A stretch of DNA of 64,000 nt from Octopus vulgaris (Eukaryota), in contig OX597828.1 in the NCBI GenBank assembly GCA_951406725.2, positions 7,936,001-8,000,000 of the forward strand. The letters are read 5' to 3'. A model generated the notes under the pieces. It searched no databases. It was not told where the DNA came from and saw only the letters and a program-made list of their open reading frames with translations. The first letter of the stretch is position 1; the number at the start of each line of letters is the position of its first letter. The translations under genes and the position numbers were made by a program. This document shows positions 42,466 to 58,071 of the stretch, one piece after another.

Positions 42466-43245
42466 CAGACTCAGGGGCATCTGTATAATTTCAACGTAGT
42501 ACTTATACAGATACGAAGATTTTGTGCTTCTGAATTTGCTAACTTCTTGTAGTCTCTACACAGCGCCTGACGATCTACCCTTCCCATTGTTTTCATCACA
42601 GTAACAGTGTCTCGCATTCCATAATACTTATTTTCAAGAAAAAGAATTATTTGGAATTATCTCCCTGTATAAGCGTTTTCCGCAAGCACTGACCTACATC
42701 TATTCAGATTGTTCAAGTCAAATATTAATATTCATTGTGTGAAATGATTGAACATCTTCTCTTTAACACTTAATCCAGTCTCCACGACAGTGAGAGGTGA
42801 AGGGCATTCATTCAACTTCAACATACACAGGATCAAATGTCCACAAATATATCTTTGGGTTTCATCTCAATTTAATTTGTATTTAGTATATTATAAACAG
42901 TGCATCATCATCATTATTATCATCCGAAAGGATGAAAGTCAAAGTCAACCTCGGCGGAAATTGAACTCAAAACCTGAAGACGGACGAAATGCCGCTTAGA
43001 GTTTTGGCCGGCATGCTAACAGTTCTGCTATCTCGCTGCCTTAAAGCTATTTATGATAGTGAAATACAGGAAGAGCGTACTTGTGAGGAATGAGGGGATG
43101 GCGTAGGAGATGTAGGATGGTCACGGCTAGAATGCATTAAATTGTAAGCATGTTCCCTCATGAATGTACTGAGATTAGATATCAACAATAAGGGCAGCAA
43201 TAACAACTAATAATTATTTTTAAAAACGCTCAGATTTGATAAATA

Positions 43246-44118
43246 TGAGGTTTGATCAGGACTGTCCCCATAGTAACGAAACTAAAGTACGCAGCATAAA
43301 TTCGCTAGGCATAAATTGACCTTGGACTCACCTTGGATACTGCTGTGCATGTGCACTAAGCGTTAACGTTCTGGCACACTTCTGCTGTTTACAGCAGTGT
43401 TTGCAAGGAAGGTGTGTTGCGTGTGATTGTCGCATTGACCACGACAGAGAAAGTTGTCATGGCGATATCTAGTCAGAGGCCTACGCAAAGCTGCGGCAAG
43501 TGTATACAGAGGAATGTATGAACCGCACACAGGTGTAAGAGTGGTTCAGACGTTTCCAAGATGGCCAAGACAATGTCGATATTGACGAATGTTCTGGGAG
43601 ACCCGCAACAAGCATAGCTGAGAAAAAACATTGCAGATGTGCGAGCAGCTGTGAGGGAAAATCGTCGAATCATCATCCGTGGGTGATCAAAGGATGTGCA
43701 GATTAGTTACAGTTCATTTCTGCTCATTATCACTGAATATATGGGTATAAGATGCGTGTCTGCCAAGTTTGTGCCAAAACTGCTTTCAACTGACCAAGAA
43801 AGCACTCGGGTTTGAGTTGCACAAGATCTCCTTGATTGACTCTAGAATAATGAAAACGTTTCGAAAACGTATCATCAAGCTTTTGGCAAGGTTTGAAGCA
43901 GATTCTCTGCCCAACTGTCTCTGTCATGTTCAATGCGACGATCACACGCTACACCCCTGTCTTCCAAGCCCTGTAAACAGCAGAAGTGAGCTAGAACGTT
44001 AAAACTTAATGCACATGCGCAGCAAAGATCAAAGTCAATCTGTACCCAGCGACTTTACTCTGCGTGCTTTAGGTTTGTTACTATGGCAATAGTCTGAATA
44101 CTTATTAATCAGACATTG
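43246..44118 (+). mobile_element. Non-autonomous mariner derivative with about 210-bp TIRs
   Basis: TA at both ends; plus translation AYAKLRQVY..RTQV*EWFRRFQDG..SGRPATS..VRENRRI..VSAKFVPKLLS (HTH region and WVP-type linker); catalytic domain absent; right arm is an inverted copy of the 5' end. Confidence 0.85.
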
Positions 44119-45154
44119 TATGCAGATTTAATGATTCTTTGAGATCGTAGTTTCTACAGATATTCTGCTAGTTATTTTGTTTTGAGCGCTAGCGAAACTC
44201 TCACTGCGTAGAGCTAAAATAGAATCTGTTGCGGCCATGATGATCCCTATCTGAACTTTTGATGTCCAGAGAAACATTGAATTTTCCCCTTCTATTCACT
44301 CCGTTTATATTTTGAGGGAAATTTGGCTGGTATATCTAAGTGTTCGATTGGACAAGGAGAAGCTCTTTCATTGACACACGCAACTGGTATGGTTTTAAAA
44401 AGGGGCATCCTGATTGGAGAGCTCTCTAGTCAAAGGGTTTCTTGGAAGGACCTTCCTGCAGTTTAAGGCTATCTAAGTCGAGTAAGTTACTGCCTTATAC
44501 AAGATTTTGGTTTGTGATTTAACGTAAATATCTAACAATCTGAGCTATAACGTAGATATTTTCTCATTTTGATATTTATAGCAGCTGACGATGAAGATGA
44601 CAAAGACGGGAAGCAGAACGTTGATGATGAGGATGATGTTTATCATAGTACTGTATATTGTAAAAGAGACATTGAGATTAAATCCAAAGTCAACATTTGT
44701 GGGATTTGAACTTAGAAGAATAATGTAACAGACTAGCTAATATATTTCCTTCAGTAACCGCGATTGTACTACCATCCAAGCATAAAGAAATATAGAAGAC
44801 GTTAATCGAAGCAACAACAAAAACAAAATAAAAAAATAATAATCTGTTTTTAGTAATGTCAAACTGAGAAAGTTTATATTTTGCGTGACAACCAGATTTC
44901 AACTTTAGAAGTAGTTCCAAGCTAATTCGATAGCTAAAGCAGCCATTCCTAGATGGCAAAGAAAACCTGATCGGTTTTGTGCCAATTTTCAATATACACC
45001 TGACACTTATTGAAGAAACCTCTCTGAGCTGTTGCGTTTTAGATGATGTTATTCACAACATGATGTCCATACTCATCATAATGTTAACGTCGTTTAATTT
45101 TAGTAATTATATTGGGAGATCACAATTTTAATTGTCTCCTAACATCATCACATG

Positions 45155-45263
<109 letters not shown>

Positions 45264-45270
45264 TATATAA

Positions 45271-45307
<37 letters not shown>

Positions 45308-45843
45308 TAATATGCATATATATATGCATATATACACGCACACGCATATACATACATGCACACATTTCCACTTGTGAGTACACTTGCAAACGAATACGAA
45401 AATACAAACGCGCTAATATGTCAAAAAATAAAAAAAAGAGAAAAAAGAAAGGAACGCATTCCTATGTATATACGTATATATGCGCGTGCACACACACACA
45501 CATATATACATATGTGTATATTTACACATATATATGTATACATGCATATACATGTGTGCGCATGCGTGCTCGTGAATGTTTCATATAACGCACAAGATTT
45601 ATTCCAGAAGTATCAATAATATTTTTAATAACATTGCCTCTCGGTGACACAGACTGTGTGTGAGAACGACTTCTTTTCAACTTCTACACGAATTATTCCG
45701 TATAAAATGTTATTGCAGATGAGGCTTGGTTTTTATTTGACACACGCACACAACCAGCCACCCTTGAATGATAATTAGAGATCTGTCTGCCTGTCTAACT
45801 CTCTCTCTTTCTAGCTATCTATCTATCTGTCCATATATATATA

Positions 45844-46050
45844 GTTAATCCAAACATGAACAAAGAGAAAACGGAACAACACGAGGACGTGGAATAAGTA
45901 TAGTGTTATTGGACGCTCAGGAAAGGAAAGAAAGAAGGAGGTATCAGCGTTTCGAGCGGAGCTCTTCGTCAGAAATATAGAAAGAAAGAAAATGTCCAAG
46001 GCAGGGAAGACGGAGAAAGAAAATCGCCAACGATACACACGCGATCACAT
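45844..46050 (-). mobile_element. Second copy of the minimal-hammerhead repeat
   Basis: Homolog of 4277-4490; minus strand attt-CTGACGA-a-gagc-tcc-gctc-GAAAC-gct at 45941-45976. Confidence 0.65.
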
Positions 46051-46166
46051 ACACACACATACTAGCTTAAAAGCCGACCGATTTTCATTGGGCCTTGATT
46101 GTCATGTTCATTGGGCTCTTCATTGGGCCTTGAGCCCAATAATGACTCTTAATGCATTGAGTACAT

Positions 46167-46536
46167 ACTCTTTTACTCTTTTACTTGTTTCAGTCATTTG
46201 ACTGTGGCCGTGCTGGAGCACCGCCTTTAGTCGAGCAAATCGACCCTGGGACTATCTATCGGTCTCTTTTGCTGAACCGCTAAGTGACGGGGACGTAAAC
46301 ACACCAGCATTGTTTGTCAAGCAATGCTAGTGGGGTGAACACAGACACACAAACACACACATATATGTATACGACAGGATTATTTCAGTTTCCGTCTACC
46401 AAATCCACTCACAAGGCATTGGTCGGCCCGGGGCTATAGCAGAAGACACTTGCCCAAGATGCCACGCAGTGGGACTGAACCCGGAACCATGTGGCTGGTT
46501 AGCAAGCTACTTACCACACAGCCACTCCTTCGCCTA
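46167..46536 (-). mobile_element. SINE family B, full length
   Basis: Head, body and (gtaaaaga)n tail in reverse orientation. Confidence 0.9.
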
Positions 46537-47197
46537 CATATTAAATTTTATGTAACTTGACCAATATTTTTGAAGTAATGAACAATTTTCATCAAAACAA
46601 TTATATATGTCGACTTGGAACTTGTTGCAAAGCTTCATGATAAACAATATATTTTGTCTTCCTATTCGGGGGTCAGTACGATTGTTTCTTCTCTCTAACC
46701 TCTTCCTCTCTCTCTCTCTCTTTCTCCCTCTCTCTCTCTCCCTCTCTCCCTCTCTCTTTCGCGATTTCTGTAGATTGTTTTCAACCATCACCATCACTAG
46801 TACCATCAGCCACGCCACCACAACTGCTATACACACACCATTCCGAATTTTGACGCCACTACCATCAACACCTTTGTCTTCGCCACCTTCCCTCCACCAC
46901 CATCATCATTGTCATTCACATCCCTTACTATTACCGTCATACTTGACTGCCTCAGCTACCACCACCACCACCACCACCACCACCACCACCATCATCACCG
47001 TCGCCTCCGCCTCCATCACATTACTGTTACTATCACCTCATTACCTTCTTAATTGTCATTCTGCTACCGCCCTCACCATATCTGTGCCTACTATTACTCT
47101 CACCCCAGGAAGAGAAGTAGAAGAAGTATCGTTGAATAGTGAGTGAGGGGGTCAAGGTGTGACACATTGACACACAGAAATTCTTTTTGATATTACA

Positions 47198-47305
<108 letters not shown>

Positions 47306-48245
47306 ACAGATGAGATCCAGAAGTTTTCACTATATAAAACAGTAGTTCTCAAGTGATCTGAACGTATACTCCGAAACTTTTCAGCAGTTTTATTTGTTTA
47401 TTTGCATTATTGTATTTGTACTTATATACATGCATGCATACATACATACATACATACATACATACATACATACATACATACATACATACATACTTCTGAA
47501 TGGCGTAAAATGTGTCATGACGCATCTAAACATTTTGAGTTGGAGAAACAGAAAAATAAAAGAATTATCTCATGTAACTAACAGACACATTTGTGCTATC
47601 CCCAGCAAAAAACAGCAATGCCCCCATTGTGACTTCATTAAATTACGCATCCATCGCAAATAGATGCCGCTTCTTTTACTCTTAATCTTATTTGTTTTGG
47701 TCCTTTCCTTCAACACTGAAGACGTCACTTCTCACTTTGCCCGTTCATGGATATATAACTCAAGTAAGAAGTCACTTCGCTCATAACACGCAACACGCAT
47801 TTTTTTTCTTCCTTAAGACAACCTATATTCAGTGAAGCATTCTGGGTGGCCACGCTGGGAAAGTTGTTAAATGTTTTGGCTTTCGTCATTGAGAGTAGCA
47901 ATAGAACTGTCACTTACTCTTCCAATTTCATGAAAATCGTTAATGAGGCTACCACATTTTTTGTGAACTTCTTGCTACCATCTTGCTACCCACTGGGTGC
48001 TACATTCACTATATCTATTTTAAAAAATTGTCTGAAGAAAATTAAAAATTTCAAAATTTGAAGTCTTGTTTACCTACAAACATAAAATTCAGATGGGAAG
48101 ACAGTGTACAAATCTGTATATAGAGACTCACAGGCACTTCACAAAAAAAAAAACAAAAAAAAAATCTATCGAATTTGGAAAGTAATTGGATATTTTTCAG
48201 AAAATCTCTAGCTTGTAAAAGGCATGTTTGTTAAAAGCTACTCCA

Positions 48246-48289
48246 GTGATGATGATGATGACAACAACGACGACGACAACTACAGCAAA

Positions 48290-48370
<81 letters not shown>

Positions 48371-48374
48371 AATG

Positions 48375-48473
<99 letters not shown>

Positions 48474-48483
48474 TTAATAATAA
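48246..48483. repeat. (AAT)n/(GAT)n compound microsatellite
   Basis: Directly visible. Confidence 0.95.
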
Positions 48484-49241
48484 AGGCTTCTTATTTAAGC
48501 ATATGGCCAATAATTTCTAGGGATTTCTAAATAAAATTGTTTTCAATACTTGACTGCTATAATATTTTATGCCCTCCCCATAAATGGATGAAATACAATG
48601 TTGATCGCGATGGGAAATGGTAACATATATAGCTTGAGTAAATATCTTGAAGTATTTTTAGGTGAGAAAGCGGAAAATTTTATCAACCTACAGCATGTAA
48701 CAGGTACTTCACTTATCGACTCCATTAATGCAAAAGCGGACAATATTGACATCAGAAGGATTTCAAAAGTGAAATAACAATAAGAATTTTTTGAGACATT
48801 ATGAAGAGATTACGGTGTGCAGAGTTTGAATGAACATTTGATAGTCAACTGTAGTGTTTTTGATTTACTGCATGGGGAACGAATAGAAATGTTTCCTATT
48901 TCTTCCTGTAAGGTCAAGAATATATAATATATAACATATGCATATTTATAGAAACTTGTATGCGAGTGTATGTGTGTGTATGTGTGTGTGTACGTGTATG
49001 TGTGTCAGAGCGCATATGTGCATGTATTTGTATATACAAAAACAAAACTTACGCCGTACGTTATTGATACACGCACATATATACATATATCATACGGGTA
49101 TACACACAATATATATATGCATGCATACATGCATTATACATACAAAAGCAGGGAAACACAAACACATATCGCTAAATATGCATATACATATACGTATAGA
49201 TACATACACAGTCACACAGACCCGTATATATACATATACAT

Positions 49242-49302
<61 letters not shown>

Positions 49303-49335
49303 CATATATAAATATATATATACATATGTACATAC

Positions 49336-49396
<61 letters not shown>

Positions 49397-49670
49397 TCAT
49401 ACGAATATATACATATATATTATTCATTCGAGCTAACAACATAGGGAGAAATTCAATCTTCTGAACTGTTGTATGTAAATAAATTATGTTTTCTACCACA
49501 TTGTTGCCATTTATATACTCCTAAAAGCTTCATTCGCCAATTGTTTATTTGCCTGTCTTATCTTTTCACACTACACAAAAATACACACTGCTTCCTACTG
49601 CTATCTCTATGCTATTTAATGTGCTATATGTATATGTATGAGCGTGTGTGTGTATATATATATATATATT

Positions 49671-49711
<41 letters not shown>

Positions 49712-49754
49712 ACGTAAATATATATGAATATATAACATATGAATATATATATAA

Positions 49755-49796
<42 letters not shown>

Positions 49797-49945
49797 TATA
49801 TACATATATTTATATACAGAGAGATATATGCATGAACATAGACATATATATATATATACATATATATGTTCATAGATACATAAATACACGCGTATGTGTG
49901 TATGTTTGTATTTGTATGTATGTGTTTGTGTTTGTATGTGTGTGT

Positions 49946-49977
<32 letters not shown>

Positions 49978-50545
49978 ACACGCGCAGATAGTGGAAAGAT
50001 TACAATAGCAATATCAATCTCGGAGATATTATTTTTTTTTTGTACTTTTTTGTTAATTCACTATTGTGGTTTATTTCCAAAGAAAGAAGGCTGATACAGT
50101 TGCTAGAATTGCTAAATGTAGCGACTAGATCTCCCTAAAATTATGTACAATTAGATCTGTCTTGAGTCATCAGAAAAAAAACATTTATTATAATGCTATA
50201 CGTATCTTTCCCAGCAAGAATAACTTTTAGTTAAAGACTTTCAGATTTGTGCTGGAATGGGTGAAACAGTCAAAGCTTTACATGACAATTAATGTTTTAG
50301 AGTTGATTTGATAATAGTACACTCAAAATTTTAGATGTCTTTCATTTAAAAATTACTGGTTATATCGACACTGAGTAATTGATCTCTTATATATTTCGTC
50401 AGTCAGGAAGATATGAAATATAAAATAAGACCGCAGTAAGAGGAGATATTTCAATCAGACAAGAATATCATTGTAATGTCTGTCTCTGTTGGAATATAAG
50501 GTGTAGAGCTCACGTGAATATACACACACACACACAAACAAACAA

Positions 50546-50576
<31 letters not shown>

Positions 50577-50582
50577 AACAAA

Positions 50583-50618
<36 letters not shown>

Positions 50619-50674
50619 TACGCACACATATACGCAGGTATACATATGCGTGTAGGTTTGTGTGTATATAATAT

Positions 50675-50965
50675 TTTTTTTTGGCCCTTTTCAAATCTAG
50701 TGTTTCCCCCCGTATGTGTTTCCCCCCAGCTGGACAGGATTCCAGTCCATCGCAGAATTACTGAAGAAACAGGAAGAGAGAGAGAGAGTGAGAGAAAGTA
50801 GTGGCGAGAGAGTACCACAGGGGTCGCCACCACCCCCTGCCGGAGCCTCGTGGATCTTTTAGGTGTTTTCGCTCAATAAACACACGCAACGCCCGGTCTG
50901 GGAATCTAAACCGCGATCCTCCGACCGCGAGTCCGCTGCCCTAACCACTAGTCGATTGCGCTTCC
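50675..50965 (-). mobile_element. SINE family C with candidate 9-bp TSD
   Basis: Homolog of 13243-13538; poly(A) tail on minus strand; atataatat at 50666-50674 and 50966-50974. Confidence 0.85.
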
Positions 50966-51354
50966 ATATAATATATATACTTACATTTAAATACAAGCAT
51001 ATCAAATACCATATAACATAAAATCTTGATTCGTCAAATTTATCTGCGTTACCGGAGGATGTACATATTTACCAAATGGCAACGATGATCTGCTCCACAT
51101 AAGAAGGGGAGATAATGTCAAGATAAAAGTTGTGCAGACATTTATTGAGCGAGAAAGGCGTGTACATGACTGTCCTATTATCTCCAGACAAAATCCTGTT
51201 CTTTTCTTTGATGGAGAGTTTTTAAATGTTGAGATTATCTCCATTCATGAGGTGGATTGTTTTCTAATTTGGTAATTAAGATAATCCATTCCAGAAGGAG
51301 ACAATTTTAGTAAATCAAGAATTTATTTTGAATCGTATTTGACATACCTGGGTT

Positions 51355-51725
51355 TTCTCTTTTGCTTGTTTCAGTCATTTGACTTCGGCCATGCTGGAGC
51401 ATCGCCTTTAGTCGAGCAAATTGATCCCAGGACTTATTCTTTGTAAGTCTAGTACATATTCTACCGGTCTCTTTTGCCGAACCGCTAATTTGCGGGGCCA
51501 TAACCACACAATCATCGGTTGGCAAGCGATGTTGTGGGGACAAACACAGACACACACACACACACACACATACATATATACGACGGGCTTCTTTCAGTTT
51601 CCGTCTACCAAAACCACTCATAAGCCTTTGGTCGAAGATACTTGCCCAAGGTGCCACGCAGTGGGACTGAACCCGGAACCATGTGGTTGATCTGCAAGCT
51701 ACTTACCACACACCCATTCTTGCGC
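51355..51725 (-). mobile_element. SINE family B
   Basis: Reverse match across head, internal (TG)n and tail. Confidence 0.9.
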
Positions 51726-54019
51726 CACTCCTGGTTTAATTATGTTGTTCAAAGATATGCTACTAGCCACACTGAGCAATTGGTGTTTGCTCCTTTTTGT
51801 CTATATAATAAACAGTTGTGGTTATTATATAAAGTGGTGAACAGACATAAAAAAATATTTCGCGGCATTTCAAATTTTCATTTCATAAATCGGATCTGCT
51901 CTGCTCACTTTTCAGTTTCTTCAATTTGTTGTACCAACTGATTTCTTATTTGGTGTATTGGTGTAGTTTTATGTGGTAATCGTTGACATGAAATTCGTTT
52001 TGGTCATAAATCAATAAATAAAGTGTGAATAGCTTTTAAAGTTAGCAAATTTTGGGTAAATTTAGCTAATCGAAAGCCACAGACATAGATCTCACTAAGC
52101 AGTCATTTTTCGCTTATCAAATGGTAACCGTGAGTTATGCTAAACTTAATAACTAAGTATGCCTTAAATAACGCACATTCTTTTTCTTTTGTTGTTTTTG
52201 CATACTCGTTATGAATCCCCATATTTAGAATACAAATTCGCGAAAAGTTTCTGAAAATTCCAAAAGATAAAGTTACGCAGGTTTATATGGCGTGCATAAA
52301 GCAGAATTCCACCAATATTTCATTCGTTTACAGTTCATAACACATTCTGTCAGGCACAGAATGACCACTTCCAAATCCTGTTTTCTGACTGGGTAAAAAT
52401 GATCAAAATTTAAACCTCTGTAACCTTTTAAAATCTTTCCGGAAAATACGTGAATAAAACGTGAGATTCAACGTGGAAAATTACATCAATACTCCAAATA
52501 TGGGCAGCCATACTGAAAAGATCCCATATTTCAAAGCATATTCAAACAATGAATATTTTGAACGAAACCCAGATTCAGTTGACCAGCTGGTTATTGGAAA
52601 CGAGTGACTTTAAGTACTGAAAATCGGAGCCTTTCAGTTATAATACTTTAAAGAATAATGTACGTTTGTATTGTGTCTAGTAATTTATATCTCTTGGTGA
52701 ATTAAATTTATATGCATGTATACATACATATATATTTATATATATGCAAGATAATCAACAAAACAATTTTTTCTTCTTTCTCTCCCTTTTCTTCCTTTCC
52801 TTTTTTTTAAACATCTCTTTCAGATACAAAAACACACACACATGCATACACGCACACACATGCTATATCTCACTTTCTCCCCATTCATCACCCTCTTGTA
52901 CAATCTTATATCCCTCCCCACCACTACACACTCAATGACACTATAAAATGGTCAAATTTTCCCCAAGAACTTAATTCAATTTGAAAACTCCACCAGAATA
53001 GACGAAAGTGCTAATATATATGATATATGATGAATAAAAACATGTAATATACAAATAAATATCTGTAAATATAAAAGCATCCGAATTTCTGAGTACCTCA
53101 TTTCTTCTAATATAAAAATACCTGTACATCATCTCGAAACATTCAAATATATATATATATATATATACATATTGAGATAGGGGTTGTAAATGCAACCCTC
53201 CATGGGATAACATATATCCAATATACTGCTAGTGAAGTACCCAACAAAGTTAATACATAAATGTTAAGAATTGCGATGCAATTAATTCATTTACTGTATT
53301 ATATGGGCAAAGGTAAAATGATTTACCACAATTAGATGTATTTCTCCATTTTCTTATCTTGTATATATATATATATATATTCTTATGTGTTTGCGTGCAT
53401 ACTTACATGCGCTTCAGTGTGTGTGTGTGTGCAGATTCACTAGATATTTGCTCTATTTAACATAGGCCTGTATGAAACACTAGGTATTTTGTATGTTTTT
53501 CTGAACTTTTATTCTACGTCAGTCAGTTCGATCGAAGAGAGGTCAACAGCCATTGTTTGAACGTCAAAGCTAGAAGTTTGAGGATTTTGCTAACCCCTGC
53601 CACTCCAGTATCTCTGGTATTTAAAGTATCAGTGATTATAGCAAGTCGTTATCTTTTGACATCTTGACTCAGCTAAACCATCCATCCATTCATTAATATA
53701 TCTATTCATACGTACATGCACACACATACACTAGCCTGCACGCCTCCCCGCCCGCAAATATATTCAGAATCTCTCCTTGAAAATACTTTGGAATTTTGAA
53801 TCGAGGGAAGAGATATACAGAAGCATGCATGTGTGTATATGTGTGTATGCTTGCGTGTGTATATAATATGTATTTATATATGTATATTAGGCGTGTATAT
53901 ATATATATATATGTATGTATGTTTCTATCAGATACATATATGTGCATGCTTGCATGTACGTGTGTATATATGTGTATATACATATATATATATATACATA
54001 TATATATGTATACATATGG

Positions 54020-54020
54020 G

Positions 54021-54095
<75 letters not shown>

Positions 54096-54111
54096 TTGAC
54101 TATCTATATAT

Positions 54112-54201
<90 letters not shown>

Positions 54202-54254
54202 CGGTGCTCCAACACGGCCGCAGTCAAATGACTGAAACAAGTGAAATGATAAAA

Positions 54255-54299
<45 letters not shown>

Positions 54300-54529
54300 C
54301 ACATACATACATTCATAAACCATACGTACATTTACATATATATGCATAGCTATACATACATATACACACACATATATATATAAAGTGAGAGACGGGGAAA
54401 GAAAGCGAGAGAAAAAGAGATTTCATATATTTATACAGAGAGAGACAGGAGAGAGAAAGACAGATATATAGACAGACAATCAGAGAGACAGACAGGCAGG
54501 CAGATAGATAGATAGTCAAATAGATAGAT

Positions 54530-54608
<79 letters not shown>

Positions 54609-54789
54609 TCAGATAGATAGATAGATAGATGAATAGATAGATAGATAGCCAAATAGATAGATAGATAGATACACATATACAAACATTCATACATACATAC
54701 ATGCATACATAGATACATACATATACATACATACGTATATATACATACATACATATACATACATATACATACATACATACATACATACA

Positions 54790-54821
<32 letters not shown>

Positions 54822-54895
54822 CATACAAATATATACATACATACATACAACATACAAACATACATACATACATACAAACACATACATACATATGC
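54020..54895. repeat. Large compound microsatellite field (ATCT, CT, TA, AGAT, ATAC) with a SINE B tail fragment at about 54200-54255
   Basis: Directly visible. Confidence 0.9.
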
Positions 54896-56147
54896 GTGCA
54901 AATAGTCTGAAAATGAATGATCGTCATCAGTTGACACTAAACGTGATCTTATCTGACCTGCAAATATGACATTTGCGGAGCGAACTAATTGATTGACATT
55001 TGTCATTTAATGAGATAGGAGGGTTTATCCATCATAAAATATTAGTCAGTTCCACTGACCAGCCAAGGAACTGTCGAATGGGTGGACAAACAAACACTTG
55101 GTTAGTATGCATGTTGACCTGCTCTTAATCCCAATAAACACTCTTTTCGTCTCTCGCCTTCTCATTATTATCATTCCTCTTATTATTATTGCAAGTGTAG
55201 AATCCAGGCTTCATCCCCGCTCTTCTGAATAACTCTAATTCAATGAGCCAATAATTAGTGGCTCTGCTGGAGCCTATCTGTCTGTCCTACTAACAAACTG
55301 TCCACTCCTTCATCATCCAAATGCCCCAATTGCCGAAATGCTACACAGGATATGAGCTTGTTAAAATTCTTTTTTTCAAAATAAAACGAAATAATAAATG
55401 AATGAATAAATGATTGTACATATTCACCGTCATGACATCTGCATGAGTCACAGTCTGCTAGAAATAGCCACCAAGTTTCCTCCATTCGCTAGCCCACACA
55501 TATACACGCGCACATTAATTCATCTCAGAATATCATGATTGACAATGATATCCTTTCACTGTGGAGAGATGAAAACAACGTTGATCCTGCCGAATCTGAG
55601 CGCTAGTAAAAAGGATGCAACTTAATTGTACAGCGTGTGTAATCCGGCAATCTTTCATTGCAAATTCATTGATATTAAAAGTATTATTGACTTCAAATAT
55701 CGAAGTTTCTCACATTTCCGTGATATGGCGGTCAGTGATATCAATCCAGTATTGTCTGATATCCTATTTTCCTATTTTATGGACCCTAGAGGGATTAAAT
55801 ACTAAGTCAGCTCTGATACGATCTGCAATCAGAATGAGACCGGACAAAACTAAATATTAAAATCATTTAATCCATTACCTGTTTTGGCAAGGGAAATCCC
55901 ACAAACTTAATCTATAATTGGTAATTTCTAATCTATAATTCTGCCGAAACGACGAAGTCGAAGGCTTCAATACACTGAGACATTCGTGTATTAGGTTTAC
56001 AGCAACCTTGTCTATGGAACAAAATCGAAGACATGCGAGAGATTTTTATGATAATGAAACAAAGATCCTATAGATTATCATACATTAATATTAGTTACAA
56101 TAAGATATTTCCACGGCTCCCACTTGTTATTAATAATGTTCTGCTTG

Positions 56148-56332
56148 TCGGTATTTCATCTGTCTTTGTGTTCTGAGTTCAAATTCCGCCGAGGTCGACT
56201 TTGCCTTTCAAAGCAAATTTAAAGGGCGCTCATTTTGCGAATGAGAAAGACTAGATCCCAGTTGCGTACTGGGATCTAATTGACTGGCCACTTCCCCAAA
56301 AATTCCGAGCCTTGTGCCTAGAATGGAAAAGA
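56148..56332 (+). mobile_element. SINE family A fragment
   Basis: ggtatttc…gttctgagttcaaattccgccgaggtcgactttgcctttca core and ccttgtgcctagaatggaaaag tail. Confidence 0.8.
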
Positions 56333-56365
56333 CTTTTTGCACAAAGTGACTCTTTGCCCGATATT

Positions 56366-56426
<61 letters not shown>

Positions 56427-56564
56427 GGTGATAGATAGATAGATAAACATAGTTGTCATAATGAAGTCAAACGAAATCATTTAATACGTACGTTTCTGCT
56501 TTGCATATATGCATATATATGTGTGGGTGGGTGTGCCGGATATTTTGATTTCATTAGCGTGGAT

Positions 56565-56941
56565 CTACTCTAGGCACAAGGCCCGAAATCGTTGGGGCGG
56601 GGGCCAGTCGATTAGATCAACCCCAGTACGCAATTGGTACTTAATTTATTGACCCCGAAAGGATGAAAAGGCAAAGTCGACCTCGGCGGAATTTGAACTC
56701 AGAACGTAGCGGCAGACAAAATACCTATTTCTTTACTACCCACAGAGAGGACAAACAAAGACAGAAAACGGATTAAGTATATTATATCGACCCCAGAGCG
56801 TAAATGGTACTTATTTAATCGACCCCGAAAGGATGAAAGCAAAGTCGACCTCGGCGGAATTTGAACTCAGAACGTAGCGGCAGACGAAATACCGCTAAGC
56901 ATTTCGCCCGGCAAGCTCACGTTTCTGCCAGCTTGCCGCCT
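56565..56941 (-). mobile_element. SINE family A head-to-tail dimer
   Basis: Two cores joined through aaatacctatttctttactacccac. Confidence 0.9.
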
Positions 56942-58071
56942 AGGATCGAGAAATATAGCTTTATTAATTATATATGTCTAAGCGAAATATACTTGTAACT
57001 TTATTTATTTCGTTTTATAATACATTAAGTGATGGAGTCAATTTTACAAGTTATGTATTATTAGTTCATAAACAATTTAAAGTATTATGTGTATTTTTTC
57101 CAATTAATACTTACAGTAGTTCAATAAAATGTGACATATTGCCAGTGATTTTTTTCCCTAGACAAAATTGTGCCTATTTCTGTTAGCCAGTTTAGCCAAA
57201 CCAGGAAGTTGAAAAATAAAGACAACTTAGATAGGAAGTATACGTGATCCGGAAAAAACACCACCTCGGAAAAAAACCCTTAGTTACAGTGCAAAAGCTG
57301 GCAAAAACCACTCGGTTATATATCTTGGTTATCATAAGTTTTTGTCTTTTTACTTGCTTCAGTCATTAGACTGCGGCCACGCTGGAACACTGCCTTGAGG
57401 AATTTTTAATTGACTGTATCGAACCTAATTTTTTTTTCTTTTCTTGTTTCTGTCATTAAAATGCGGCCGTACTATGACACCGTCTTGAGGAATATTTAAT
57501 CGCAGAAAAATCAGCATTTTAAAATTAAAATTTTAAATTTTCTGTTTTCTTCTCTCTGCACTTAGAGATTAATGAGAATAAGATGACCTTTTGAAATTTC
57601 TCCGGCCGTTGACGGTTATACAGAATTAGGGCGCCGAAGGCTAATCGTTTCTATTTTTCTGCACATTTCTTGAAGTAAATGCTTTCCCTTTTGTTAGAAT
57701 TCAGACAATATGTACATCGAGCAGTAAAGAGTTTTGTGTTCTGTTATTGTATTCTACTTATACATTTTCTACTGAATATTTTTGTTTACTTAAAAATTGG
57801 AATTTTGGAAAATAAAAGTCATTTTACAACCGCGATTTCCGTTTTTGTTAATGTGTAGTTATAAAAAAAAAATCAAGAGATTTGGCTGTTATTTGTAGCA
57901 TGTGGTGAGACCTAGGCTTAACTTCATGTGCTGGTGAAAATAATCTAAAAAATTCTGGGGTCAAAACATTTGACTAAAACGTCTTCAAGACGGTGCCCCA
58001 GCATTGCTGCAGGTTGATTTAACAATTACAAAAAAAAAAAAAAAAAAAAAAAAACTGAGATGGTTTTGACA

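Noticed and set aside
51002-51275. Stretch open on both strands for about 80 codons
   Set aside because: Neither peptide is recognisable and no clear splice sites bound it
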